DNA of 64,000 bases from Emiliania huxleyi CCMP1516 (lineage: Eukaryota): assembly GCF_000372725.1 (NCBI RefSeq), contig NW_005201318.1, positions 102,342-166,341 on the forward strand, given 5' to 3'. Position numbers and translations under genes: made by a program. Shown here one piece after another: positions 46,895 to 58,675 of the stretch (positions are counted from its first letter, which is position 1; every line of letters begins with the position of its first letter). The notes under the pieces were generated by a model. That model saw only the letters and a program-made list of their open reading frames with translations. It ran no database searches and was not told the DNA's origin.

Positions 46895-47681
46895 CGTTGG
46901 CGGCAGTCGCCACAGCACACAGGCGTCATCTTGAGCAATTCACATAAGCAGGGGCGCCAGCGACCCGCCGGGGAGGAGGGGTGGGAGGCGCTTGCCGCGT
47001 CGGCGATCTCCGCGGGTCTGGGTCCATATCCGCCGCGCGCTCGCAGTGATGGGGACTTTCGCGCAGCGGTGTGCTGCGCGGCGCGCCTTCTCTGGAGCGG
47101 AGAGAGGCGTGGTTGGGGGGAAGGAGCTGGGGCGGAGGGAGAAGATGCACAGCTAGGCGCCCACTGGCCGTAGTTGCCCACTGGCCGTAGAGGCGTCTCT
47201 CGCGCGCGCGCCGGCCAGCTGGCGGGCGCCCAGCGCTGGGGTCCTAGATTGGGTTTTGGGTAGGGCGGGAGGCAGGAGGGGAGACGACGAAGAGGGTCTC
47301 GCGTGCGCACACCGCGCGTCGTTGCATGTACTTGAGCGTAAATAAATAAAAACGGAGACGTCTCTAAACTGCGAGATGGGAAAAAGCTAAAAGGAACAGG
47401 TCCCCGCCCTTGCGATCTTTGGAGGGTTCTGTACTTGAGCGTGCCCCGCGGGAGGTCCCACATTTTTCTTCACCTCAGATACATTAGGAACATTACATAC
47501 TGAACACTCAAAAAATAATGAACTACAAGACCCGCAGAACTTCCCGCAGAGCAGACCGTACAACACTCACACACAAGCAGCCTAGAGTACACGCAACGAT
47601 TCCAAAGAACAGTCGGTAGCGGCGTCGCGTGAGGGCGCTACCCACAGAGGGCAAGTGCCACGCGACTGCCGATCAGCCTAC

Positions 47682-48548
47682 TCACGCGACCGGCCCGTAG
47701 GCACGGTCGAGCAGCGTTTGCGGGCAGTCGACCGGCTTGGACGTTGCGACATGGAGGTTGTGCGGGAAGGCGCCTTGGTTGCATCCAAGCTGTCCGAACA
47801 CACCGAACAGCACTTTGTGGCAGGCCTGGAGTGCCTTGTGATCGCCGTCGGCGCCGCCCCAGATCGTGTCGCAAAGCGACTCGTCCTCGAGGCCACCGGA
47901 CACCGCGCACTGCGATGGGGAGCCGTCCTTGGGGCAGATGTCGTAGAACTCACCCCAGCCAGAGTACTCCGTCAACCCGTTGGTGTTCGCGCCAAGCCCA
48001 CCGCCGGGCACCATCAGGTCCATGTTGTTCTTGCTGCTGTCTCCGCCGTTGGTGTTCATCACGATGGCGGAGTCGATGTTGCGTGCGTCGGTGAACGTGA
48101 GCTCGTAGCACTGTCCGCACGGCGGCCACGAAGCCGTAGAGCACTCGGTCCTCAATCCATGGGTACTGGTCGCCGTGCCGCCTTGGCACACGTTGTCGTC
48201 GTCATCCTTGGGGGTGTATGGGGTCACACCGTCGGCCTCGCAGGTTCTGACGAGCCTCGTGGCATGTGCCGAGAACGCGCAGCTTGGGCGGCAGCCATCG
48301 TAGTAGTGCGTCATGCTAAAGATGGGCTTGCCGAAGGGATCTTGCTTGGGTTCGCATGTGTAAGTGGGGTTGCTCGGGTCGTAGTCGTGCTTCACACGCG
48401 CATCGGTCACGCAGCAACACGGCTCGTCCGGATCGTGAGATTGACCGTAGCTTGAGTTGCTCAGGTTCGGAGCGCACGTGTTGGGTGGCGCCGAGGCGAT
48501 CTTCAAGACGGGAGCAGCGTGGATGGAGGCGAAGGCGAGGGCAAGCAT
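47682..48548 (-). CDS. Secreted glycoside hydrolase family 45 endoglucanase-like protein; single exon
   Basis: Signal peptide. MTHYYDGCRPSCAF (cf. TRYWDCCKPSC), CGQCYELTF and TNGGDSSKNNMDLMVPGGGLG, with both catalytic-position Asp residues. Confidence 0.85.
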   Translation of the reverse strand: MLALAFASIHAAPVLKIASAPPNTCAPNLSNSSYGQSHDPDEPCCCVTDARVKHDYDPSNPTYTCEPKQDPFGKPIFSMTHYYDGCRPSCAFSAHATRLVRTCEADGVTPYTPKDDDDNVCQGGTATSTHGLRTECSTASWPPCGQCYELTFTDARNIDSAIVMNTNGGDSSKNNMDLMVPGGGLGANTNGLTEYSGWGEFYDICPKDGSPSQCAVSGGLEDESLCDTIWGGADGDHKALQACHKVLFGVFGQLGCNQGAFPHNLHVATSKPVDCPQTLLDRAYGPVA

Positions 48549-49269
48549 GATTTTGTGTCGCGAGCAGCAGTCGAAAGTCTAGCCGAAAGCAGTGACCAGT
48601 TTCATCCTTTCTCGCTTCCTTCACCTCCTTCACTCGTCATTTATTCAATGTCGGCAGCCGATGAAGGACGACAGTCGACATTTTTTTGGCAACTCGCTTC
48701 CTCGGACCCGCGGTTGCGTCGGACGCATTGCATTGCCCTTTGGCGCTCTGAAAAAAGAACCCAAATTGAGCTTACGGCAAAATCGGAAAGGCCGGCGTCA
48801 GGACTGAGATAAGGACGCGACGGCGGATTCGCCGACGCTCTGCTCGGACATGAGCAAGCGGACGGTCGCGTACACTTCAGCTGCACAAACGTGCTCGCGC
48901 GCGCCCGACCATTCGGCTTCCAACTTTCGTCGATTCTGCAGCCGCTTGCACTGTGGCTGTTGCGGATTACATCCAGGCCACCACGCAGCTGTCGTGGCCC
49001 CCGCGGCAGCCGGTCCCATCCTGTTCCCCAATGACCCCCTACCCCTGCGGCGGCAGAGCCGCCGGCCTCCCACGCCCTACCCCCCTACCCCACCCAAATG
49101 CTATCGTACCCTACCGCCACAGCCCCCTCCAAGCCGAACCCTGCGTGTAGCGTCCATCACGCCCCTGCGATCCAACCGCGCCCAGCCACGGAAGACATCG
49201 CGGGCCTCTCCTTTGGCCGACGCCAGGAAAAGAAACCGGCATGTTTGCAGTCGACCCGTGCACGCGCAC

Positions 49270-49668
49270 ATGGGCAAAAAGCCCAAAGACCGGCACCGGC
49301 GCGAGACCCAGAGGGAGGCGGAGCTGGCGCTCGAGCGGGAGCGCGATTTGAAGCGCGCGGCGAGGCGCCAAAAAGCCGAGGCCAAGCTCGCGGCGGCGGG
49401 GCTGGCAGTGGGCGGGCCTTCGGCGTCGACGGCCAGCCCGTCAATGGAGGTGGAGGGGCCGGCAAACCCATCGCTCGAGCCCACTCTGAGGAAGAAGGGC
49501 ACTTCGAAGCGCAAGGTGGGCAAGAGCGATATCGACCTGGCCGTGCGTAAGGCGCTGCCGCGGCTGAAGGGCAGCGGGATGATAGCCAAGCGGCGGCCTC
49601 GCACACCATCCAAGCTCATGAAAAAGCAGATGAAGCGCGTTGCGCAGAGTTCAGGGATGGACATATAG
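49270..49668 (+). CDS. Small Lys/Arg-rich protein (132 aa), unknown function, possibly nucleolar
   Basis: ATG-initiated ORF MGKKPKD...SSGMDI with GC-rich third positions and NLS-like basic clusters. Confidence 0.65.
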   Translation: MGKKPKDRHRRETQREAELALERERDLKRAARRQKAEAKLAAAGLAVGGPSASTASPSMEVEGPANPSLEPTLRKKGTSKRKVGKSDIDLAVRKALPRLKGSGMIAKRRPRTPSKLMKKQMKRVAQSSGMDI

Positions 49669-49965
49669 CTGTCGCAGAGACGAGGTATGCAGGAGAGGTT
49701 TGAAATGGCGGGCGCGTAACGTCTAACGACAATCTAACGTCTAACGAGATCGAAAACAGCCTGCGCCCGCGCAGGGCGGTGCAGCGGCGCGCGCGAATCG
49801 CAAAATCTCAGGCACTCTCGCGAAAAATCGGGGCAGTTTCCGCCCCGCGGCGCGAAAAGAAGGAAGATGCGCCCCACCGCTCACCGACTGGGAGGCAGGG
49901 GCACCGCGCCGCGCCGCGCAGGCGCCGCCTCCGAAAAGGGAACATCTCGACGCGCAGTCGCGCTC

Positions 49966-51095
49966 TCACTCTCTCTCAGACTCAGTCGCCGCCCCCGAGG
50001 CCGGCCACGCTGGGTGGAGCCGGTATCTGCGAAGCCCCCGCGCCCACCAGTCCTCCTCGGCGTCGGACTCCGCGAGCCGCTCCGCGCGCGCCACGAGCGC
50101 CGCCTCGTTGGCCGCGTCGGCAGACACGTCGACAGGGATGGCGCGGACGGGCAACGGGAGATCTCTCCCACCGCGACCCTGGAGCGGGCGAGGGCGGCCG
50201 GCTCAGAGGGCGCCCCGCGCTCCCCCGGGCCTCCCGGGCCGGCAAACCTGGCCGCCGGAAACGAGGACGCGCCAGTCGGTGAAGACGTGCCTACCGAGGG
50301 ACCAGTCTGGAGCGGTCAACCCCCCCTGTGGAGCGCGCCCCGCTGGTCAATCAAAGGGCGCACTCGAACACGCGGACCGTGTGAGGCGCGAGCTGCGGCG
50401 AGGTGATGACGGCCACTTCGCCGAAGCGGATGAGAGCGCGTTGCCGCTTCGCGAGCGCCTTCGAGTAGAGCGCCGCCTCCTGCGAGAAGGAGGTCGTCGG
50501 AGGGCGGGAGGGCAGAACCTGCGGCCCGGGAGGGGGCACCCACCCACAAGTTGCCAAACTCAGCACTGGTCTCCTTGAGCAGCGCCTCGATCCTCCTCCC
50601 CGGGCCAAAGGCGTCTATCCCGCCTGGAGTGACCCTCGCCACCTCGCTCATCATCGCGGCGGCGATCAGGCCGCCGCTGGCGCCGCCGCCTCCGCCGCAG
50701 ACGACGAGCGAGCGCGCCACCGCGCCGGAGAGCTCGACCGCGGATGCGATCCCGGCGGCGACGGGCGGGGGGAGCCGTCCTCGGCCCGCGGGTATGGAGG
50801 GTTGGCTCGATGCTGCGCGCGGCGGCGGCCTCTCCCCCATGAGCCCGTCCGCGAGCACAACGACCAGCGTGGCCCACGGGTCGCCCGGCTGGTCGCCGGT
50901 CGGCAGGTGCGTGCCCCCTCCCGGAACGCCGCCTCCCGGAACGCCTGGCACGAGCCGCGACCTCCCACCCGAGGGCGGCCGGATGGCCTCCATATGCTCG
51001 CCTCGGCCGTGCTTCGGGGGCTCCGGCGACTGCTGACGGACGATCGGCAGCGGCGAGGCGTGCAGCTGCATCGCGGCCTGCAGCTCTTCCGACAT
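49966..51095 (-). CDS. Possible spliced gene of unknown function
   Basis: Protein-like segments (MSEELQAAMQLH..., LIAAAMMSEVARVTPGG, EAALYSKALAKRQRALIRFGEV, AANEAALVARAERLAESDAEEDWW) downstream of an AT-richer promoter-like stretch. Confidence 0.3.
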
Positions 51096-51344
51096 TCGTT
51101 CGGCAGTCCACGCCGTTGGCGCGGAGTCTTTTTTCTTAGTGCCGGTGATAGTACTAGCACGCGCCAGTTCGCACCTGTGTCGAGCCTGTGTGCTGTGAGA
51201 GAGAGTTGTCTTGTTTAAAGTCTTTTTTCTTGCTGGCACCTTTCGTCTTTAATCTTCTTTCCGGTTCACTTGCGATGCCCCGCCACGATAGCGATGCCGC
51301 TCGGTGCTTCTCTCATTTCCCCCGCCCTACTGCCGCCCTAGGCT

Positions 51345-51473
51345 GGGCCTAGGGCGGCTGGCGGCTGGCAGGCAGCGCGGCACTCCCTGGCGCCTGGGTG
51401 TGGCCCTTGCGGCTCGCCCCCACGTGCTTCCCCCGTGAGCCGTATCTTGGCCCTAACCCCCGCCTGGGACCCG
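51345..51473. repeat. Dispersed repeat of about 130 bp, second copy about 54694-54826
   Basis: gggcctagggcggctggcggctggcagg...ccctaacccccgcctgggacccga at both loci. Confidence 0.9.
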
Positions 51474-52567
51474 ATAGGGTGCCCACAGGGCCCAAAAAAA
51501 GAAAGGAAAAAAGAAATGGGCCACCCCCGATCGCAGCACTTCGTGTTGGCCAGTCGAGAAATTGAGAGTGTGACTAGGAGGGTGGGACGCTGGGGATTCT
51601 CAAAGGTATACCCTTGGAATGGCCGGATCCAGCCTTAAAAGTACGAGATCGCGCGCGCTTCGCGCGCTGCACCGCCTATTCTCCGCGGCTGAGTGACGAC
51701 GCGTGCCGTGTGCCAGCAAAGTTGGGCGCGCGCGGCGCGACGGCGCCCGCGAGGGAAGGCGCGGGTGCAGCGGCCGCCGGCGGCCGTACCGCCCGCCAGC
51801 CGGCGCAGCAGCGGCCAGCGCAGCGGCCGCCGGCGCAGCAGCCAGATCAGCCGGTGCGCGCCTTGCGAGGCGAGTACTGCCGCCCGGCAGCCTTGAGGCG
51901 GCCGGGCGGCAGTACTCGTTCGAACTTTGCGAGCCGTGCGCGCGCCGAGGCGCCCGCGGCGCGCGCCCGCCCGGCTGCCAGTAGGAGGCGGCGCAATATG
52001 GCCTATAGTACAGCCCTTGAGGAGGAGGAAGAGGCTTGCTGGCAGTGCTGTATGCCGCCGGGGGGCAGTTTTGGGGTGCTGTCCCCATCCCAGGGGGCTG
52101 CAGAAGGCGTCCGCAACCGGGACAACCCGCCCCCCCAGCCGAGGCCGGTCGAAGCCCACTTGGAGGCAGCCATGAGGAGTCCTCTTGGTGCTCCTGGCGC
52201 CCGTTGGAATGGCGAGCGCGCGCCGAGGGGGGGGGGGGGGGGGTCTTGCTTGCTCCACACCGAGCGCCATCGGTCCGGACCGGTGCCTCCACCGAGGGGT
52301 GGCCTGCACAAGGTCTGAGCCGCGGGCGCTCGGCGCCAAGTGCAGTGTCACGCTCGCACGCGAAGGGGACACAATGGGAAACCCTCGTTTCCTATGTACT
52401 CGGTCCCCCAACGGAAGAGGCCTCGCTCCTATTGGAACTGGCCAACATCAGATTTGCCTCGTGCGTCCCTTTTTGAGTCGGCAAGCTATTTTCTTTTGGG
52501 TCCTGTGGGCACCCTAGACCCGAGCTAAAACTTGATTTTTTATAGTTTTGAGTTTTCCTAGCATTTA

Positions 52568-53041
52568 CAGTGGGTTGCGGGCATTAAGAAAACGTTCCAT
52601 CCACCAAGAAACCCTACCAAGCGATATCCGCAAAAACCTAAGAAACCACGGCGCGCCGCAGGCGCGGCCCCGAGAAAAGGCCAGACACGAGTGTGAACGG
52701 CTGGTGAACGGGAGGCCCAGCTCAAAATTTCTCTTCGCCTGCGGCGCGCGCACTTGTCACTTTCCAAGTCTGCGGTGTTCTGAGTGGATGGAGTGAATGG
52801 AGGCGTGTGTGCGTCTTCCCGTCATCCAGACAGAGAGCCGACTCGGCGGCAGACTCTGGCGCATCGCCCTCGCGGACCGCAGCTTACCTCTTACCTAAAA
52901 ATCCTTCGGGCCGGCGCTCTCTGGCTTGAGTGCCCCGGCCGGAGCTAAGAAACCACGGCGTGGGGTGGATGAGGGCTGTGGAAAGGCTAGAAACGGCGGC
53001 GTGCCGCGCAATCCTGTTTTCTTAATGCCCGCAACCCACTG
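52568..53041. mobile_element. Tc1/mariner-type MITE, copy 1
   Basis: 26-bp TIR cagtgggttgcgggcattaagaaaac / gttttcttaatgcccgcaacccactg, flanked by TA on both sides; no transposase ORF. Confidence 0.92.
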
Positions 53042-53416
53042 TACATGCATGTACCAAAAACAAGTCGCTAACAGTTTTGTCCGTTATGTGAAAATCGAAT
53101 TCGCTGGAGATCACAAACCTCAAAAGCACAATCTCAACCCTCCAGGCACAGACAACCAATTTTCTAAAATCTCTCTCTCTCACATTTATAGACCACTCGC
53201 AGAAAGGAAGAGAAAAAACCCACGAGAGATCTGCTGTGACGACCCCCGCGCCGGCGCGGGAGAGAGAGATTGTGGAGGGAAGAGAGAAGAAGGGAGTGGT
53301 CTAGAGAACAATCTGCTCTCACAAATGAGAGACACGTAGCAGCCACTGTACGACTCGGCCTCGCCGGCATAGCCAACCCTCCGGCACCGCGGTTCGCGCG
53401 AGAGGCCAAAGGTTTC

Positions 53417-54598
53417 TTATGCGCCGTTCCATCCGGCGACGTCCAGCAGCTCCGCCTGCCACGAGCCTACATCCTCGACGGTGGTGGAAGCGCTCGTCAC
53501 CGTCACCTCGGACACCTCGCCACTGTCGCGGAATATCTTCATCTTGCGGAGGCGCGGCGCGTACACGTGCATCGTGACGGCCGGCTCCAGCGAGCGGTTC
53601 TCGATGCGGTGGATCCCAATCTCATTGTTGGCGTAGGTCTGCTTGCAGCCGAGCTCCGGCCCATCGCCCGGGCCGCCCAGCGGAGACACTCGGATCCGCC
53701 GCAGCGGGCCGCACCTGCCGCGAATGTGGCCCGCCGGGTCGGCCGGGGCCCCCTCCAGCCGGGCCCGGGCTCGCTCAAACTTTCGGTCGAGCAGCGGCAG
53801 GTCGAACTGCACTTCGTGCACCTCGCCCTCCACGGCGGTGACCCAGCAGGACGACTCGTCGTGGCAGTGGATGGTGCTCTGCGACCCGGGCGGCCAGCAC
53901 ATCATCAGCACCTCCATCGCTGGCGTCGAGTGCACCACATTCCTTGTGTAGCGGCCAGGGTCGTCCTCGTCCACCGAGAGGAAGCCGCCGTACTCTTCCT
54001 TCCGCGGGTACCAGCGCCGAAGCTCCGCGGCCACGGCGCGCACGTCGTGCTCGGCGGTCCGGCTCGTGCCCGAGAGGTGCCGCGTCAGCGACTGGAGCAG
54101 CGAGCCGAGCGTGTGGGCGTGCGGCACCAGCATACCGCCGCTGCTGAAGCAGGGCTCCCCGCCCTCCGACACTTCAGCGAGCGCCGTCTGGATGGAGGGA
54201 CGGATCGTGCGCTCGAAGCGCTGCGCCTCGGCGCGCGACAGCAGGGTCACCACAAAGGTGGCCTCGCCGCCCGCCCCAGCCATCACCCGCACATCAGAGA
54301 CGCCTGCCTCGACGCTGTCAAGCTCGAGCGACAGCTGCTGCACAACCCGCTCAAACGCCGCGCCCATCCCGGCCGCCGCGCGGAAGGAGAGGACGACCAT
54401 GGTCTCGCCGGTGCCGATAGGAGTCATATCTTGCCACGAGCTCGAGCAATCGCTGTCGAGCACCGGCACCGGCGGTGCCTGTTTCTGGCGGCAGGCAGCT
54501 CGTGCGAGCGCCGAGAGGCCGGTCATGTACCGCGGCTGCGAGACAGCCAGCCGCAGCGCCGGCGGCCGCAGCGCCGAGGCAATGCGATGGTAGGACAT
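53417..54598 (-). CDS. CDO1: Cysteine dioxygenase type I with N-terminal extension; single exon
   Basis: RYTRNVV, CWPPGSQSTIHCHDESSCW, GIHRIEN, TMHVYAP: 3-His site plus the Cys and Tyr of the crosslink. Arg-rich leader from ATG 54598. Confidence 0.9.
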   Translation of the reverse strand: MSYHRIASALRPPALRLAVSQPRYMTGLSALARAACRQKQAPPVPVLDSDCSSSWQDMTPIGTGETMVVLSFRAAAGMGAAFERVVQQLSLELDSVEAGVSDVRVMAGAGGEATFVVTLLSRAEAQRFERTIRPSIQTALAEVSEGGEPCFSSGGMLVPHAHTLGSLLQSLTRHLSGTSRTAEHDVRAVAAELRRWYPRKEEYGGFLSVDEDDPGRYTRNVVHSTPAMEVLMMCWPPGSQSTIHCHDESSCWVTAVEGEVHEVQFDLPLLDRKFERARARLEGAPADPAGHIRGRCGPLRRIRVSPLGGPGDGPELGCKQTYANNEIGIHRIENRSLEPAVTMHVYAPRLRKMKIFRDSGEVSEVTVTSASTTVEDVGSWQAELLDVAGWNGA

Positions 54599-55285
54599 GG
54601 CTCTGGACTGCACACACAAAGCAAGACAAGGAAACAGCCATCGATTTTTGACACGCGCCTCGAGACCTCGAGAGCTCCTTGGCGAGAGCTCCTTGGGCCT
54701 AGGGCGGCTGGCGGCTGGCAGGCTGCGCGGCACTCCCTGGCGCCTGCCTGGGTGGCCCTTGCGGCTCGCCCCCACGTGCTTCCCCCGTGAGCCGTATCTT
54801 GGCCCTAACCCCCGCCTGGGACCCGAGCTGAGGACCGCACTCCTCCGAGCTCCGTATAGCCGCACACAAAAACAAACTAGATCCAGCCGCATAATACTCA
54901 TCACTCTCCAAAAGTGAAAAGTGCTCCGCCAATCCAATTAGAACTGAGCTGGGCTGGGCCTGGGGGGGCGAACGGGCGATGCCGGACGTGGGACGGAGCG
55001 AGTTGTGGCGCCAGCACTTTGGAGCACTCTTGGAGTGCTCAGTGCAGAGTCGCGAGTCGGCAGCCGCACGCGCCGCACGCCCAGGACCGGGGAGCTAAGA
55101 AGCGCACCCAGTTAGCCAGACGATTGGGATCGGGTTACGGGCTACAGAGAGCCCTAGCCCTGCGAGCCCTAGGGGGTGCGCGGTCGCAGGGCCATAACAC
55201 GCGCGGGTGGGGTCCAGCCCCTGATTTTTCCCCCGGATTGCGGATAGCGGATTTGACACTTTTTGGTTTTGTCCAGTATGTGCAT

Positions 55286-56617
55286 TTAATGTGAAGCACT
55301 GCTATCCGTGGCCCCCCGCCCCTCGCTCACCGCCCGACGTCCAGCCGAGGGCCGCCGCGCGCAAGCGGTCGAGCAGCCCCGCCCCCCTCATCGCGAAGAG
55401 CGCCGCCTTGTTTTTCAGCGTCGGCTTGGCAAGGCGCAGCACGCCCTGCTGGGCGCACGAGGCGACGAGCTGTCCTGTTGCACGCCGATGCGGTGACGAG
55501 ACGGCGAGAGGGGCGGTGGAGCGCGGGCGATGCGGGGAGGTCTCGCCTGTGTCTGGGCGGTAGAGGTGGCCAAAGCAGAGGGCCCTGCCGGACCCTATTC
55601 AAAAAGCAGCGCCCTGAAGAGGCCCCCTGTTCACGCCCTCCGGCAGAGGGGCCAGCCTGGCCGCCTGCAAAGGGCGCGTGCATGTCGTAGAGGAGCCAGT
55701 CATCGGCGTCGAAAGGGCCGTGGAACCACATCGAGTGGTCCAGCGTCGCGAGCGCGCCCAGCTTGGGCGATGGGAAGGAGATCCGATGGGGCCGCAACGC
55801 CGTGAGCAGGAGAGGCTGGTCCGAGATGTACGCGGCGCAGGCCGCGTCCAAGCCGGGAGCCTTCGTGATTGGCTCGCGGATTCGAACCCACAGTAGCTGG
55901 CGGCTGGGCATGCTCGGCGGGTCCGGGTCGAGCGGGTCGTGAGGAGCGCCCACCGCATACCGCACCTCGATCGGCGATGCGCGGAGCTCCTCAATCAGCG
56001 GCAGCAGCGCCGCAGGGGCGCGTGCCATCAGGTCGCCGAGGAGATCGTCCATCCCCAGGCACTCGTCGGGGGCAACCACACCTCGAGGCATGCCGGTGAC
56101 TCCGTCCGCTCGCTCCACGTGCCTCAGCTGCGACTCCTCGGGCCGCGCGAACTGCGCCTGCATCTTGAAGATGATTTGGCCGTTCTGGATGGCGTCCACG
56201 GAGCGCGAGTCGAAGGAGCGCAGATTGGAGGTCTCGCGGCACTGGTAGATTATATCGCTAGTTGGACTGCCGCGCTTCAGAAAGTACGAGTGCAGCGAGA
56301 TGGGCAGCCAGGAGTCGCGGTGGACGGTCAGCTGGGCGGCGTGCAGAGCCTGACCCATCACCTGCCCGCCGAAAACTGACTTGCCGCCCGGTGGCACCCA
56401 CAGGAGCTTGCTCGACGCACGGTAGAGCCCGCTGTCCACCTGCGTTCGTCAGGTCGTGCTGGAGGCCGAGTGTACTGCGGTACGTGTGACGAGCGCACAC
56501 CTCGTCGAGGTCGAGGTGCGAGCGCCTCGTCGGACGCAGCTGGTGCCGGGTGAACCGGGTCCGGACGGCGAGCCACACGACACGGCGGTGGGGACGAAGG
56601 CAGGCCTTGCCTCTCAT
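55286..56617 (-). CDS. Acyl-CoA thioesterase II (TesB/ACOT8 family); spliced
   Basis: VFGGQVMGQAL, SLHSYFLKRG, AYISD, ATLDHSMWFH, DWLLYDM, last exon LVASCAQQGVLR. Start uncertain. Confidence 0.9.
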
Positions 56618-56942
56618 GTACGTACGTCTCTCTCTCTCTTGTTTCGCAGCCACTTCGGCGCCCGCGCCAAATTCAGTTTTCTTTTTAGTAATTTTTTTAG
56701 CTCCACTGTATTCCATGACGCCCCGGCTCGGGATGTGCTCGCCTGTCGCGACGGCTGCCCCTCCCTCGCCGCCAACCCGTCTCCTTGCCTCCTCTTCTCA
56801 CGGACCACAGGGGCTGCACAACAAAAGCACACAAACACCCCAAGTGTTAGATTTGGGAAAAATAAAAAACCTTCTCTCTCCAAAACCGGTGGTGCCAGTC
56901 CGCGCCAGTCCGCGCCCTTGTCGTGCCAGCCTGCGCAGTGCC

Positions 56943-58193
56943 ATGGCCGCCCACCGCATCGGCGCACGTCTCGCGGGCCTCTCGCCGGAGCAGCTGTGCG
57001 CCTTCATCGACGAACAGGCGCCTCTCTGGAGCGCCGCCGCCTTGCGCGTGGCGGAGGAGCACGCCGCACTCGTGGAGCAGCCCGAGTGGGTGCTCTCCGA
57101 GGTCCTCCTCTCGCCGGACCTCGCCCCGCACATCCTCGCCCAGCTGCCGACCAAGGCGCACGCCGTCAAGGGGACGTGCCGCGCGTGGCGCCGCGGCTGG
57201 AAGGAGACGCTGAAGAAGCGCGACAGGCCGCGCCTGGTCGTGTTCGGCGGCCACGGCAGCAACGACGAGCCTGTATCCTTCATCAGCTCGCTGGAGCGGT
57301 ACGACCCCTCTACGAATGAGTGGGAGGGGGAGACTGTGGCGCCGATGCTGACGGCACGCGACTGTTGCGGCATGGCGGTGCTCGATGGCAAGCTCTACGC
57401 GGCGGGCGGCAGGGACGAGGGAGACGAATCTTGCAACCTGGTGGAGCGGTACGACTTGGCTACGAAAGGGTGGGAGGTTGTGGCGCCGATGGCGGTGGCT
57501 CGGAATCAGCCTGGTGTGGCGGTGCTCGACGGCAAGCTATATGCTGTGGGCGGCATGGAGACTGGCGACGGCGGCGTCCCCAACCGCCTCAGCTCGGTGG
57601 AGCGGTACTGTCCCGCGACAAACGCGTGGGAAATGGTGGCGCCGATGGGTTCGGTGCGGCAGAGTCCCGCAATGGCGGTGCTCGACGGCAAGCTGTATGC
57701 TGTGGGTGGATACGGCATCGAGGAGGAGGAGGAGGAGGAGGAATGGGGAAACGACGGCCGCCCCCTCAACTCTGTGGAGCGATACGATCCCGAGATGAAT
57801 GCGTGGGAAGCGGTCGCGCCGATGGGGTCGAGCCGAGACGAATGCGGCGTGGCGGTGCTCGAAGACCAGCTGTATGCTGTGGGCGGGGAAGGTTCGGAGC
57901 CCGACTCCGACGACGGCGACGGTGCCCTCAGGTCGGTGATTCGGTATGATCTCGCGACGAACACGTGGGAGACGGTGGCGCCGATGTCGACAGAGAGGAA
58001 AGCGCTCGGCGTGACGGTGCTTGACGGCATGCTCTACGCTGTGGGCGGCGAAAACTACGAGGGAGTGGCGGACGACGACTACGAGGGTCCATTCATGAAG
58101 AGTGCAGAGCGTTTCAACCCGGCGACGAGCGCTTGGGAGGAGGTGGCGCCGATGGCGGCAGCGCGGGCCTTTGCTAGCGCGCTCTCGATGTAG
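56943..58193 (+). CDS. Kelch-repeat protein with F-box-like N-terminus; single exon
   Basis: Repeated AVLDGKLYAVGG...SVERYDP..N.WE.VAPM. VLLSPDLAPHILAQL...TCRAWR is F-box-like. Confidence 0.92.
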   Translation: MAAHRIGARLAGLSPEQLCAFIDEQAPLWSAAALRVAEEHAALVEQPEWVLSEVLLSPDLAPHILAQLPTKAHAVKGTCRAWRRGWKETLKKRDRPRLVVFGGHGSNDEPVSFISSLERYDPSTNEWEGETVAPMLTARDCCGMAVLDGKLYAAGGRDEGDESCNLVERYDLATKGWEVVAPMAVARNQPGVAVLDGKLYAVGGMETGDGGVPNRLSSVERYCPATNAWEMVAPMGSVRQSPAMAVLDGKLYAVGGYGIEEEEEEEEWGNDGRPLNSVERYDPEMNAWEAVAPMGSSRDECGVAVLEDQLYAVGGEGSEPDSDDGDGALRSVIRYDLATNTWETVAPMSTERKALGVTVLDGMLYAVGGENYEGVADDDYEGPFMKSAERFNPATSAWEEVAPMAAARAFASALSM

Positions 58194-58675
58194 AGGGTGA
58201 ATCAGGGCAGCTCTCCGATGAGGAGCTGCTGTGCGCAAGGCGCCCCAGCTACCGCCCGTGCCCATGTTCTTCAATGCACGTCAATTCTTTGCCCTGCTGT
58301 GTGAGTGTGAGCAAGAGTTTGACTTGCACTTGTAAAGCCGCGTGCTCCGGAGCACTTGGAGTGCAGTCATTACGGCTCTAACCTCACATCCGGCCGGGGA
58401 TAAATAAATAAATAAAACCGTCAAACTCTGAGACGAGATGGGATTTAGGGACGTGTGTCCCCGCCACCTGCACGATCTTGGTGTGAGGGATCTTCAATCC
58501 GTGTCCCCTCACCCCTCGTCACAACCCGACACGGAAGAGCGGCAAGAGTTGGGGCGCTGCGGCTACGGCTGCGGCTACGAGAGGGGCCGGGGTCGCGGGA
58601 GAGCCGCTGCGCCGCGTGGACGCGCCTACACCGCTCTTGCTCCGCTCGCCACCTCTCGCAAAGTCCAAAGTCATA

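Noticed and set aside
51600..52476. Several 150-260 aa ORFs on both strands
   Set aside because: Low-complexity GC-rich repeat-like DNA without protein motifs.
53417..58193. CDO + thioesterase + Kelch as a metabolic gene cluster
   Set aside because: No pathway link beyond adjacency can be supported from sequence.
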